A stretch of DNA of 61,944 nucleotides, filler included, from Sphacelaria rigidula (GCA_964200075.2; 11 parts of 11 records of this genome joined end to end with filler, not necessarily neighbours in it); one strand, 5' to 3'. Positions 24,040 through 37,312 are shown, counted from the first letter of the whole stretch. Translations and numbers: made by a program. Notes: generated by a model not told the origin, from the letters alone.

Positions 24040-24550
24040 ATTTTCATTTTCATTACGCATAACACCACGGATGCAACGAGAAATAATAACAAAACAGAAA
24101 GGCAGAGCGATTCGAAGTTTCTGCAAAAAACTGCGAAAATGCTATAAAACCGTGAAAATGAACAAATACGTCGGCATCCCTCGTGTTGTTGTGCGTACTT
24201 GTGTGTAGGAGATCCTCGTGCGATTTCGGCCAATAATACCTCAAATTGAGCGCATCAGTGCACTTCTTGTGTGACACCGCTGCGCCCCTTTAATCCAAGT
24301 AATATAGGAGGCTCCAGTTATGGAGGTAACGAGTTCAAATCCCGACGGATTTTTTTTTTTGTTCCGTCGGTAAGGCCATACGTCATGCAGTACATTTTTT
24401 CAACTTTTTCTTCGTTCAGCGGCGGTGCCGTGCGATACCACGTTAGTCTGCAGGTCACACCGATATACTCAAGTCGGGCTGATTTGGTGAACTTGATACG
24501 TTATGGTGTGACGTGCAAATGCGGAATTTACTGCTGGCCCAGCTCGTACC
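24040..24550 (+). mobile_element. Interspersed repeat, family C, with internal tRNA-like segment
   Basis: Homologous to 41545-41860 plus 42520-42685; contains GAGTTCAAATCCC (B-box-like). Confidence 0.65.
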
Positions 24551-25641
24551 ACATGTCACACCACATGTGGTGATGGCACGGCCACCGTTCATGGTGTTGT
24601 CTACCCACCAACTACAGATATACCAAACTGTACTGAATTCTGCACTGTACTCACCACGACACGGATATATATGTGGGCGGCAACGCCCCAGCGGGCTCAG
24701 ATCCCACTTTTTCCATGTAAGCGGTTTGTCTTTCATCAGAATAACTATTCCGAACCCCACGAGTAGCCAGCCGAACAAATGGCCGGCCGCACAACTGGGT
24801 GCTATAGGAGCTGACCTTTTACGCGCCGAAGCCTCAGATGGACCCTAGATGGACCACCACAAAATTGCGCGGAAACGGTGACTGCGGCCATATCCGAAAT
24901 GTCGTAGTACACGTGGGGGAAGAGTTCGACACTCCGTATTTCTATCGAAGGGGGTGTTATTGAGGGTAAGGCAGTGAGATGGCACACCAAAACCATAATG
25001 GACCCAGATGGGTCATTCATTTATCTATTTGAATGGGTCCATCCGACATCTCTGGCCGTCACGGAGGTATCGAGCAGATTTGGTCATTTTCGGCACGTGA
25101 GTCCGACATCACATTTGCCCATCTTTGCAGCCATGGACTTGTGCACTAGTGTGCTTGATGGCAGTCCCCAGTGCAGCTTCGACTGGATGAATAACAATGA
25201 CGAGGAACACCCCGCGGTGTCTCGTCCTGTCTTGTCGAAAGACGATCTTCCGTGGTTCACCGTCCACGCTCCGTCGCTCAACACATCGCCCTAGTAAACA
25301 CAGGCGAACAATGTCCTCTGGCCAGTTATTGTGGGGTCATCATCACTCTTCTCCCTTGCACCCCCGTGTGCACCGCGGTGTCAGTATCTGTTATCCGCCG
25401 ACTGCTACACTACTGTACGCAAACTGCCATCAACACCCTACTATGTAGGCATTACTGTACTGTCTGTACTGTACGCTGTTGAAATCTTTTTGAATACAGT
25501 AGTACGTGGTTGCACATATCCCGCCGGACTGTCAGCCGAAATATTGTGCCGAAACAAGGCCCGGCGCTCAAAGGGTTTAGGTCCCGGGTGCTGTCAAAGA
25601 TTTTAAAATATCAGAAATATTGCGATTTCGTTCCCCTTCGC

Positions 25642-25739
25642 TCCTTGACCGATGCGGTGGGGTCATCCGGGTCTCGGACTTGTTTTTCAGGGGTGAATAA
25701 TGGCAATTCAGCACATGACCCACCGTTGCGGTCAAAGGG
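25642..25739. mobile_element. 98-bp piggyBac-type MITE (diverged)
   Basis: CCTTGACCGATGCGGTGGGGTCAT / ATGACCCACCGTTGCGGTCAAAGGG inverted termini. Confidence 0.65.
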
Positions 25740-27598
25740 TTGAGACGACATAATGAGGCGAAAAACACGAAACATCGCCAGCAGCCAGAGAACGCGGGTT
25801 ATGCTGATCTCGAGGCACGGGGCATTCTGCAAGACGGTGTGACGGCGCTGAACAATGATGTACGAACGCCGTGGGGTTGAGGAGCGTCAGGTCACAGTTG
25901 ATTGATTTGAGTGACTGTCGCCCTTCAACTGATCTGCGAGGAACCCAGTCATGGTCATTATCCACAGAATAAACGTATCCGAGGTGAACAAAACGCACAT
26001 CATTTGCCGAAGGAAGAAGGTGGGGGGTTATTTTTTCGGACAAACAAGCGGAGGAAACCGAGGAACAGAAACCACAATGAAAAACATATAAAAACGACCA
26101 AGCAGTAGCATCACCGCTAAAGGTGGCCCACCGCCGGACACCAGTGCCGATAACAAAAGCAAAAGATCCTCCCTCTCTCATGTCAAACCGCAAAAAGCAT
26201 CAACTGTTTTTATTGGACCATAGTAGTGGACTAGATCTATGGCCTCTGGCCGCTTTGATCGATCCAGACTGACGAAGTTTGTAAGTTCTGGGTGATGCTA
26301 ATCGTAACGGTAGGTGTAAACAAATGTAGTGTTGTCACCGTGCAGTCACATAACATACCCTTCGCGTTCGTGTGGGCGAAAACGCAAAAATGGACTGCTG
26401 CTGCTGCCGCAACAAAGGTGTGTTCCCCCAAATCCCTTAAATCATGATGTAAAGTCTTGGCTTCTTTGGGGGTGTACACGCGGCAATCATGCAAAACAGC
26501 TGGCGCCATTCTCACGCCACCCACTGCTGCATTCATTCGGTGATCTCTGCTGTTTCGGGGGTGCTTGCAACATACGATATTGGCCGTTTAGCCTGACGTG
26601 AACCATATACTGCGCCATGGATTTAGATCCCAAGTGCACGGTTGAACCAACATAATTTCGACTAACGGAAACTTGTTCGCTATGATCCTTGCCTCATGGG
26701 AAAAAATGATTCGGTCGCCATGAGCATCAGCATTCCAAGCTGACGAGCCTCAAGATATATTTGCCCGTGCTCATTCCGTCCGTTTTACGCTTCGATCACG
26801 CTATCCTTCCGACTAACAGTAGCTGCAGCAGGAAGATGGCACGCCCACCTCACGATATCAGTCCCGAGAACAACTTTGGAATCCCGAAGCATATTCGGGG
26901 AGAATACCAACGAAAAGTGAGTCCGCAGTGATCGTTAGAGTTGTTCCAAAGATCGCCATTAGTCTGGTTTGAAACAACCACCGTCCCATTTGGCCACATA
27001 TTGCCAAAAGGCTGTGCTTGCGAGTCTGTGTTATTCATTGATCACTCGATGATGAGGGTTTCGTGTTCAGTGTGAAGTTTTTGCTGGTGATATGTCGTAC
27101 TCCATTACACCCTTCGCTTCGTCGTACTCCATCGACCCGTGTGTTGAGAAGGCGCGCGCGCCTGGGAAGACCGCGTCCGGTTATATAAACTCGATGTACA
27201 CTACTCTAGCTCCTGGAGTTGGCGGAATAGATTGTACAATCTTCGAGACTGCAGTCGCGATCGTCAGTTCGTTTCATGATGGCGCATATGACCGCAACCC
27301 CTTCGTTTCTCCGTGCACGTTTGTGCTTGTGTTCTCCAAGGTAGCGGCGGCCCACGGGAAACGGTTGAGTGCAGAATGGGTGAAAACAGACGCGTTCCTG
27401 TCCATACTTGAGGGGATGCTGGATAGAGAGAGTGGCGTTTGGTTCAACAATGCTGTTGCCGAGTTCGGCCTTGTGTTGGTGAGGAGAGCAGCTTTCACGC
27501 CCGTCATTTATGACTACCTTCGCGCCCGATAAGATGTGTGATACCAGAGAAGATCGTAATACGTGAGCAAGTATTACCCATTTCGAGCAGCACTGCCA

Positions 27599-27948
27599 GT
27601 CGCCCCGGTGGCTCAGTTGGCAACCTCGAATTCTTCTGACGGTTGGGTCGTGCGTTCAAATCTCGGAGCGATCTGGGATTTTTTCTCACACCATACCCAA
27701 CAGTGGAGAGCGACTATGCCATGGGTACACAAAATTCGACTTGACGATTGACGAAGGAAAGGGAGTGCTGAACCCCTCTCGCGATCAAAAATGAAGGCAA
27801 GCACCGCAGAAGGAAGGTGTGGCACAATAAACAAACAAACAAACAAACAAATGTGTTGACCCTCCTCCTGTGTGACCCCGGCCGGTGCGCCCACATATAC
27901 TGAAAGGTGTAGACCGTCATCCAGAATAGCTGGGACGACAACACAACA
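27599..27948 (+). mobile_element. tRNA-derived SINE, family A (full length)
   Basis: GTCGCCCCGGTGGCTCAGTTGG...GCGTTCAAATCTC head, A-rich linker, conserved tail. Confidence 0.88.
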
Positions 27949-28060
27949 CGCACACATTCCGAGCATACCACAGCATGCTGTACTTCAGTGCAGTGTAGGT
28001 TGGTTGGACACTTTCTACGATAGCCCCCCCTTCCCCCCAGAAAAAAAAAACAGCGCCGTA

Positions 28061-28104
28061 AACACCACGGCGCTTTGCGCTTGGTGGTTGAGTGCGAGCC
28101 TGGT
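28061..28104 (+). mobile_element. Family B fragment at contig end
   Basis: AACACCACGGCGCTTTGCGCTTGGTGGTTGAGTGCGAGCCTGGT matches 52257-52301. Confidence 0.75.
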
Positions 28105-29460
28105 NNNNNNNNNNNNNNNNNNNNNNNNNNNNNNNNNNNNNNNNNNNNTTAATTAATTAANNNNNNNNNNNNNNNNNNNNNNNNNNNNNNNNNNNNNNNN
28201 NNNNCCCCCGATTCCGTTGCAGACAACTTTCACGGGATATACCCCTTTGCCCCGGGGACCACCCAAATACAACCGCAACCAGCCCCCCCCCCCCCCCCCC
28301 CAACCACGGCCCCCGATATATGCTACGGTGGCTAACAAATCGACTTCTGTAGCACACACAGCCCCTACGAACGTCTCCAAGGATTCTCGCCCTAACACAT
28401 TGGATCTCTCCGGTGTGGAGACCTTGGCGGCTGTTCCTCTGTATGACTTCGTTAATCATCCCCCAACCTTTTGATGTGTGCGTGTCACGCACGGAGACTT
28501 TTTGTCCCTGTGACTGAAGAAGCTAGCGGTCTCCTCACATGGTTCCCCCACCACCGCAAAACCGCCACGCTCGCAGGGGAAGTGCAAACCGTCGAATTCC
28601 AACCTCTCTCCGACACAAGTCGCTAAATCCGTTGACGATTACGTACAACCCCTCATCGGACTGTTCACCACGATCGAAAAAACTCGCGCAACCTTCTACG
28701 AACACGGTCAATTCATGTCAGCGCAACAGCTGCAAAGCACTGGTGGTACAAATCGCCTTTTACGGTGGTGGAGCTCCACAACGGGCCTTCCCCCGATCCT
28801 TTGTTCAGGATGCGAACAGTTTACCCATTGAACCAGTGAGCGCTAACTGGGTCAATGGATGAACTCTTCGTTCCAGAACGAAAGATATGCGGTTCGATTC
28901 CCGGCATGATCGATTGTGGAACGAAAGTTTGACATGTGAACAGTGAGGCTTGCGAGGGGCAAGAGGTCTCGGAGATCACTGATGTGTCATACCGGGACGG
29001 GCCACACAGCATACCTTTTGTTTAGGAAGCGAACAATTGGATTCCCAAGTAATGAGAATGCCACCCTAGGTGCTCAAGACACAAGCGTGATATTGCTCCC
29101 AGGAGCAAGTGCTCTCTTCGTGTGCAAGCTCATTGATGTATGTGCAAGGGGACATGTACGAGGGTATGTGGCGGCGCTCGTAAACAATGAAGGAGAGGCA
29201 CCACCATGCACACCTCGGGGAACTTACTTAGTAGTGTTGTTCCTGAGGGCTCGGACATCGAAGAAGGGAATAGCTGGAGACGTATCAGACGCTGGACGAA
29301 GTGTTGGATTAGACCTCTACTGTGCTTCGCTTGTTGGGAATCCCTTGACCGGCGACCAAGTGCCAGGGTGGGGGTCGCGCGACAGATTCGACATTTGACC
29401 CCAAGATGTGTATTTACTCAAAGTCATAACTCAAGAAATATATAGCTCTCCGGGCCAACT

Positions 29461-29921
29461 CTAAGGGGAGCCGTTCAAAATTCCTGTCGAAAACCACCTT
29501 TTGGGCCCTTCTCCGTCGATTTACGCCCGAAAATAGGGCTAGGCGGATCTTGACGCCTTGGAATGACTTGGTCTACTCGTTGAGACCGTCCTAGGGCAAC
29601 TATGCATTCCCCGCCGGCCGCACTTTTGTTTTTGGCCAAATGAGACCAAAGAAAACACGGATTATCAGAAAAAAACAGTCAGGTGATCAAAATTTCCCTC
29701 TTTTTCTTGATCGCTTGACCGTTTTTTGTTGAAAATCCGTGCTTGGCTAAAAATGAAAGTGCGGCCGGCGGGAAATGCAAAGTTGCCCTGGAACCGCCTC
29801 AATGAGTAGAGCAAGTAATTCCGAGGGGTGAACATCCGCCTAGCCCTCTTTTCAGGCGTAAAACGACGGAAAACGGCCAACGAGTCAGTTTTGAACAGAA
29901 ATATTTCAACGGCTTCCATTA
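29461..29921. mobile_element. Foldback / long-TIR non-autonomous element
   Basis: ~170-bp imperfect inverted arms (about 29465-29640 vs 29742-29918); same family as 30807-31288. Confidence 0.75.
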
Positions 29922-30806
29922 GAGTCGGTCCCAAGCTCCCACTAATGTATACGTAAGTGTATCATTTCATATTTTTCACCACTTTTGCCGAGTTTCCTCT
30001 GGCGGCAAGGCATGTTTTCCCGCGTTTTGTTTTTGCAGCGCACTAGGAAGGATCGGCGGTACATTACCGTTCAGGTTTGGGTGTCATTTGATACCTGTGG
30101 CGCGTGTTCTGGCCACCGAAAGTCGCTCAAACTGGCCCTTCCTCGCGGGGTGTCGATCCCGAACCACAAAAGGATGTCCAAGATCATGGAAAACTTGAAA
30201 TAGGAACCCGAACCACAAAAGACTTTTCAAGTATGGAGAACTCTGGCGGGGTATTTTCCCCCCGTGTTTCTCGTAGTCGCGTTCTCTTCCATTTGGGAGC
30301 ACGAACACACCGATTATGCCGCCAATGTCATGAGAACATGAGAGCAAGTCAGTTGAAAACAATATCACATTGCCTTGACCTTAGTCACCAGCAAACACGA
30401 GACCGTGCAATGGGCCGTTCGCGAGTTGAAAAAGGCACAGCAGCATGTCAGCACAGGAATGCTTTGCCGCAAAAACAATCACCCTGTTCTAATTAAAGGC
30501 CCGGTCATGATTTGGAAGCCGCAGTGATGTGCAATCGTTTAAGACAAGAACCACCACTCTGTGGAATATCTGGCTAGGTAGATTGGTAGCTAGGCGACAT
30601 TATCTGGCAACACCACAAATTTCCGCTGCGGTCGCACTATATCAGTGTTTACTCTCGCGGGCGGGGCTGGGAAAATGCAGTACCCTACAACCGTGGATAG
30701 TAGCACCCATCTTGAAAAAAACTACGATAGTTGAAATCACGACCTATCACATCGATCGGGATATTTGTTTTCCACCGCACCGTTTCGATAGGAAAAAACA
30801 GTGTGC

Positions 30807-31288
30807 TAAGGCTACCTACTCCTCATGTATTGAAAGAATAATCTCGTTGAAAAGTACATTTTTGACACTTCTCCATCGTTTTTTGTCCGAAAAATAGGGC
30901 CAGACGGATGCTGACACCTCAGAACGACTTGCCGCGCTCGTTGAGACCGTTCCAGAGCACCTTTGCGTTTCCCGCAAGTCGCAGTTTTGCTCTTGACCAA
31001 ACTTGCATTTTCAATAACAAACGCTCAAGTTATGAGAAGAATGGCAGATTTCACCCTGTTTTTTTGATGGGTTGACCGTTTGTTATTGAAAATGAAACCT
31101 TGGTCAAAAACAAAAGTGTGACCTACGGAGAACGCAAAGGTACTCTGGAACGGTCTCAACGAGCACAGCAAGTCATTACAAGGTGTCGACATCCGCCCGG
31201 CCCCCTTTTCGGGAGAAAAACGATGGATAAGGGTCAAAAATGTACTTTTCAACAAGATTTGTTTTTTCATAAGTGAGAAGTAGCCTAT
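30807..31288. mobile_element. Foldback / long-TIR non-autonomous element
   Basis: ~200-bp inverted arms ending AGGCTAC...GTAGCCT. Confidence 0.75.
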
Positions 31289-31543
31289 AAGACACGCCAA
31301 TCATCATTTCTCAATGAATTCTGCACAGATTTGAGCAAGGTCACGCACAACGTGTACAGCCGATGAGCAGCTACGCATATGGCACACATGTCGAAATTAT
31401 TGCTGCCTAACAATTGTACAGCCTTCACATCCGTATTACTCAAGTTGGTCGACCTTATCCGGAGCCACCACCCGAAAACACATGCGGTGTTTTGTACAGC
31501 CATGATCACTACTGGACATTGAGATAAACCAGCCTCTCTTCAA

Positions 31544-31746
31544 GCCTTGACCGCGAGAGTAGGTCACCTGCTGAATCGACATCACCATTCAGTTGAAAAA
31601 AGTACGCGTGATCTAGATGGACTACCCGCGCCGCAGTCCAAGGATTAACCCGTAGACCGCGGGGGTAATCCATATAGAACACGCAGACTTTCTTCCATTG
31701 AAGTTGATACCGATTCAACAGATGGCCTACTTTCGCCGTCTAAGGG
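31544..31746. mobile_element. Two adjacent piggyBac-type MITEs (31544-31644, 31649-31746) sharing a TTAA
   Basis: Same TIRs as 6357-6454; the paralogous empty site is a single TTAA at 16594-16597. Confidence 0.85.
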
Positions 31747-32514
31747 TTAACCATATATTTTCGACTTGCGTCACCCCCGGGAGGCCCGTACCAACCTCCC
31801 GAAGGTGAATCTTCTTTATCGTATCGTTGAACTGTTATAAATCTACGTTATCCAACACGATAGCGACCAGGAACGGACTTGTTTTCCGAACGTCCAGATG
31901 CCGATCGATATTCGTCCAAGATATACATTGCTCGTACCCGCTGGTGATAACACAAACAACTCAGCAACTGCAACCCTTATAATAACATAACAGAACAGGG
32001 GCCCGTTCACTGGCACGCAAAAAAGTGATTTTCGCAGAGTGTAGTTAACGTGAAGTACAGCAGCGGTCCGCTGCTGGAGAAGGACATTCCTTTTCTAAGC
32101 CAACGGTCAGGGTGGACCGGGCCCATCTGTTCCTTGAGATTTACTCTTTGCAGTCGGAGAAGAGGGGTATATCTGGATGGCCCACCCTGGCGGCCGAAGA
32201 ATTGATGAGGGTTGACCAATCGATCGTCGCCGATATTGTTAACAACAAATGTCAGCAAAGGTCCCTTTCGTGTTCGGTTATGTCTCTACATGCCCTTGCA
32301 TGTCGATGGCGGCACAGCACACACACACACACAGAAACACCCATATCCAATCGAAAAAAAAGAAAGAAAACCGAAAATAGGTACTGATACATCGCTCTAT
32401 ATTACTGTAGTTCTGTGTATACGCAATGTGGACGGTGGGCATGTGCACATTCGTGTATCGTTGTCACCAGTATAATATTAATATCGTGTTTATCATTATA
32501 ATGATCTTTATCAC

Positions 32515-32532
32515 TATCATTATCATTATCAT

Positions 32533-32575
<43 letters not shown>

Positions 32576-32606
32576 ATTATAATTATAATAATTATAATAA
32601 TTATTA
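32515..32606. repeat. Compound (ATC/ATT)-(GTT)n-(ATT/ATA) microsatellite
   Basis: Directly visible. Confidence 0.95.
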
Positions 32607-32673
32607 TTTTTGTTTTGTTCCATTTTTTTGTTCCCTTTCTTGTTCCACTTTTTTGTTCCCCCCCGTTCTCCAG

Positions 32674-32803
32674 GTTGCGAACCGTGGGCATGTGGGTGGA
32701 CCGGGCCGAAGAGTGGGATGGGGAAGAGGAAGACGTAGTGGGCTTCCGCGACAGAGAACCTGTATACCAAAGAGGCATCGTCTATTACTTGCGGGGAGAT
32801 AAG
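32674..32803 (+). CDS. Apoptosis-inducing factor (AIFM1)-like oxidoreductase, C-terminal domain exon
   Basis: Polypyrimidine tract, ccag|(x)LRTVGMWVDRAEEW...YQRGIVYYLRGDK|gtgggg; resembles AIF LPTVGVF...YGKGVIFYLRDK. Confidence 0.75.
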
Positions 32804-32967
32804 GTGGGGTACTAACGGCGTTTCACGTGATAGCAGGGAGGGAAGGGAAATATTCCGGGAAATACCAGTGTCTTTTCCCCAAATATTCCCCGCCCCCCCC
32901 CTATTTTCATATTTTTTGTACATGTCGAGAGATTTTTCAAGAGTTTGGTATACAGAAAGGGAAGCAA

Positions 32968-33268
32968 GGGGTGGTGGGGGTGGTAGGGCATCTGACCATT
33001 GATCTGGCACCCCTACTGGCACCCCTACAAAGCCGAGACGGAGCATGCCGGGTATTCGCCGGACGGGGCTCGCAATCAATCACCGAGCGCGAAGCGCCGT
33101 GATGTATTCGGCGAGTCACATGAAGGGTGAGCTGCATCCTGCTGAGATTGTTCGGCCCGAAGCCTACTGATGATCTTGCAATCGGATGCCAACCTCCAAT
33201 GAGTCGATTCATTTCCTGGTATCGTCACTTCCACAGACAGCCACTGCTCATTCACTCCCTCATGGGAG
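32968..33268 (-). mobile_element. Family B element (near full length)
   Basis: Reverse complement aligns with 52095-52400. Confidence 0.8.
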
Positions 33269-33687
33269 GGACGGAGTAGAGTTCAACTCTGTTTTGTTCA
33301 ACTAAGCTCAACTCTGTTTTTTCCCAAATAAGCCATGGTCGACCACATTCTTGCTTTCGGTGAGGGTGATTGTATCAGGGCATTATATGACTTACAGTCG
33401 CCCAGCTGTCTTTGTAACGCAGCTCGGCGCAAAAGCAATAAGCCCATGGTTGAACGTATACTTTGTGTTTCGATAATATTCAGAGCTCTACAGTGGTTCA
33501 CAGTCACGATCAAATCGGCGCATGGGGTGCCGATTTTGAGCCCAGATAAAACACACTTTGCCTGGAGCACTCTATGTACCTACCTCCCTTGCCCGAGGTT
33601 CTCGGTCTTCTTTAGATGCTTGTCAATCATCGCTGACTTGCGCCGAAATGGGGTGAACCCGCCTCTGGGGCGAGGGGGATGGGGTGG

Positions 33688-33744
33688 AGGGGGGTGTACT
33701 CATGATCATGCATGCCATAGTCGTAAGACCATTGACCTCGCACC
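33688..33744 (-). mobile_element. Family B 3' tail at contig end (same at 16768-16823)
   Basis: (G)nTGTACTCATGATCATGCATGCCATAGTC...ACCATTGACCTCG. Confidence 0.8.
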
Positions 33745-33844
33745 NNNNNNNNNNNNNNNNNNNNNNNNNNNNNNNNNNNNNNNNNNNNTTAATTAATTAA
33801 NNNNNNNNNNNNNNNNNNNNNNNNNNNNNNNNNNNNNNNNNNNN

Positions 33845-34048
33845 GCTCGCACTCAAATCACCAAGCGCGAAGCGCCGTGGTGTGTTCGGCGAGTCGCATG
33901 AAGGGTGAGCTGCATCCTGCAAAGATTATTCGGCCCGAAGCCTACTGTTTCGTCTTGCATTTTTGGATGACAGCCTCCAATGAGTTGCTTCATTCTATGG
34001 TATCGCCACTTCCACATACGGCCACGGCTTATACGCTGCCTCGTGGGT
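33845..34048 (-). mobile_element. Family B 5' part at contig start
   Basis: Reverse complement aligns with 52096-52297. Confidence 0.8.
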
Positions 34049-35360
34049 TTCTCATCATTTCAACACTACGTAGTAAGATCATCCCCCATTGTGCGGAGTT
34101 GAGGCTCTCACACGCGGAACATGATCTAGCTCGACAACCATTTTAGTTACCGCAAAAAAACGCAATCGCGCAAAAAAACCGGCAACTTGGTTGCCTACCT
34201 TACGCAGTGATTGGCGTGTTTCATAGCGTCATCGCTAACAGACGCCAACCCCATCGAGGGTCCGCCCCTATAAATGCGGGACGGAGCACGCCGGGTTCTC
34301 GTCGGACCAGGCTGGCGGGGGGAAACGATGGATGGAATGACGAGGTTCGGGAGGTGGGTACCGCAAACATCCACCAGAATGGCCGTGGGGGGATATGTTC
34401 TGCCTTGTTGTGTGCGCTGCAGCTTTTCATCTATTAGGCATCGATAAGGATGCCTCTATTAGGCATCGATAAGGATGCCTCATGCTGACGTAACTTTGTA
34501 GTCAACAGTAGTTCCTGATTTGGACCCATGACCCTCCGTACCCCTTCAGGCTCCTGCGGAGAGACACTGGAACATCATCTGTTTCGTCATTAGTTTTTCG
34601 CTGAAGTGTACATGGTATCCCGCCCTGCGCGGCGCCGTGTCTTTATGTTTGTGGCCTTCTTGTTTAGTTTAACCTTCTAAGGTGTCTCTCGTGCCACGGG
34701 TGAGTGACCACGGGGGCTCGGTATTTGGAAGAGGGCTAATGTGATAAACAACTCGGTTCATCATGAATCGGTCCAACTCGGGGGACCTTTATCTTTGAGG
34801 GCAGGGCGAGCGAGACTGCTTTTCAAGAGTACAACAGTGGTACAGACAGTGGCCTTGATTGACGGGCACAACGCCCTATCGATTGCTTACTGCTGCACGA
34901 GTTTTCCAGATATTTGCGGGTGTATTCTGACGCCCTGCGATAAGGCACGGTCATGCTACGATTCAGAGCCCGAGACGCTGTACCCAGGAGGCCACACATA
35001 GTGTCGGTTACGTGTCATACGCGCATTACACAAGCACGGTAACGTGCGGCGAACCATACCGTCATCAGTGCATGTTCGTGCAGTGAATCACCTCGTTCCG
35101 ACGTCAACAGCGTTGAAAAAAATCGCATTATACGACAAGGGTAGCCTTTGCAGGAAAGTTGCGTACTCGTGCTTCATCAAGGCTACCAGGTACAGCCGTG
35201 TTATCCGTATTGAAATCTGTCGCGGCGCGACAGTACATCAAATGTACCACTTCTGGGGTCTCCGTTTTCCTTTTCAGTGTTTTGACCCATACTAAAACGC
35301 ACTGACAGAGAGAGACCGGACTACTAGTTGGGGGTTTCTTTGTGCGCCGATGTTCCTTAC

Positions 35361-35407
35361 CGGCGAGCCTTCTGCAGGAAGTCCCTGATGTCATGGATCT
35401 GCTTCGG
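35361..35407 (-). CDS. RPL38: 60S ribosomal protein L38 (eL38), exon 2
   Basis: aaag|PKQIHDIRDFLQKAR(R)|gtaagg matches the eL38 N-terminus MPKQIxxIKDFLxxARR; later exons are not found in this contig. Confidence 0.88.
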
Positions 35408-35873
35408 CTTTTATGATGGTGTTGGTGGTGGTGGTGGTCAAGGACAAGTGTTTCCACACGCCCAGCAAGCCCGCAGTGCACATGAGAGAAAACAGGGAAC
35501 GCACGTGGGGGAGGACCAAAACGATGACAAAATTTGAAGGCAACGGTAACCCCGTGTTTTGTGCTGCGGGTGTTGAGCTGTGTTGTCTCAACGAAAACGA
35601 AAAAGACGTACAAAAATTGACCTACTGAAACGATATAACTCCAGTAGTGCAACAGAGGAGATGAAGAACTGCATAGGAGTGCATTGGAGCTATGAACAGT
35701 ACAAAGGCAGTAGCCTGTGCAAGTAACAGCGCTCCATTTCAGCCACTTGTTGCCCTTCGTTTTCTCGAACAGGGAGAGGCCAATAGCACGATGCGCGGCA
35801 TCGGTTGCACACAGTCACCAATGTCAACCAAGCTTTCGCGAGAACACTCTCAAGCTTCTAAAAACCTACTCAC

Positions 35874-35876
35874 CAT
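35874..35876 (-). CDS. RPL38: RPL38 ATG-only first coding exon
   Basis: cccaaaaATG|gtgagt: strong donor, phase 0, supplies the missing Met. Confidence 0.7.
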
Positions 35877-35906
35877 TTTTGGGAGGGAGGGTGTACGTTC
35901 CCTTCC

Positions 35907-35973
35907 TGCTGCTGCGGCTGCTACTGCTGCTGCGGCTGCTGCGGCTGCTGCGGCTGCTGCTGCTGCTGCTGCT
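35907..35973. repeat. (GCT/GCG)n trinucleotide repeat just upstream of the RPL38 ATG
   Basis: Directly visible. Confidence 0.9.
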
Positions 35974-37312
35974 GTCCATGGCACCCACCACAGCTTTTCC
36001 GCTGGGTACTTGACGCAATGTCATTATTTATCTTTGGTAGAAGTCGTCCTTTTAAGTCATAATCTAATCATGGCCTGTCGTATGGTCTTACTTAGTGTCA
36101 CGTTCTCAACCACCACATCAAAAGCAAGACGCGACGGAGGCAAAGAAGTGTGGACAAAACACAAAGCCACAACGTTGTCGATACACAGCTATATAATGCC
36201 TCTTGATCTATCTTCTCAGTGAATTATAGCTCAGTTCCATCTAGTTCAGCGCGCACCTCAGCGATGGATACCTCTCTCAAAGGAGCTCAGACAGATGTCA
36301 TGTGGAAATTAGTGCCAGCCAAAAGTCATTTTCAAATATGCCCGTCTAACACGCGATCGAAGATTGCTGCCACTGCACGGATGTCGGCAAGCCGAAACAA
36401 AGGGTATGGTATTCTAACCAGATGGTATGATACTCTGAACAATTTGAATGCCATACCCCGTGAGCCGAAACTCTACAGACAGTTACAACTAGCTGCTAGC
36501 TACCAGCCATCGATCAAGACCAAGATTGCGTCAATCAACTCTCGGAATACAACACAACAGTAGTGAAATATTTGCAGTATATGTCCTTCACTTTACCTCG
36601 ATATGTTCATCTGCGGCAAGGCTGCGCCGCCAGAACCTATAGGGCTACTAGGTATGTGTCTTAGCTGCATAGATCAACTTGTTTCACCTCTTCATCTGCT
36701 ATGTATATGGACATATTACCATCTGGGTCGGAAGTGTTATGACATATGAGATGCGGCGCACAAGCAAAAGCAATGGCAAAAAATAGGTCGTATCGTCGTA
36801 TCCAAAAAAAAGGCGGTAATTGCGCCGCGTTCGGGTGGTTTGGTTCCTGTATTTGGAACAACAGCTCCCATGCAGTAGTCGCACTTGCAAATATCAACGA
36901 TGCTCGCCGGTAGAAAGGACATGACAAATATGCACATGTCATTGTCGCTGGCGTGGCACACGAAACGTGCTTAGGGGATCGCCGTGCAAGGTATAACGCA
37001 CACACATACGTAGTGCCGCGATTCCTTATGTCATCAACGAGACCGTAACCTCTCGGAGTCAAGAGAAAGGGTGCTACTGCGCGGGAATGGCACCGATATG
37101 TGATTCGGAGCCCAGGTGGTCACATCGACCGTCCGGTTCGGTGGAGATGGTTCAGCACAAAGCCTGCCGAAGAGAGAGCAACAAAGAACGTACTCCCTTT
37201 TTCCCAACGTTTAGCCTATTGATCATGCCAACTGTTCCCGGCAGTTCGTTCGCTGTCAGAACGCAATCGATCCCACCGAACAGAGTCGATGCGCGTGGGT
37301 CGGTAGTACTAC

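Larger units (their letters stand above)
29950..31810 (+). mobile_element. Second copy of the OTU-fragment element, interrupted by nested insertions
   Basis: Colinear with 15025-16660 apart from a foldback element and two TTAA MITEs. Confidence 0.7.

Noticed and set aside
24560..27532. Broken protein-like frames, possibly a decayed transposase or viral relic
   Set aside because: No motif I can identify confidently; needs a translated profile search.
32402..33079. 225-aa ORF with poly-Asn (and poly-Val/Ile/Thr in other frames)
   Set aside because: Microsatellite and repeat read-through, antisense to the AIF-like exon.
35692..36222. Poly-Ala ORF
   Set aside because: Trinucleotide repeat antisense to the RPL38 5' region; no other coding signal.
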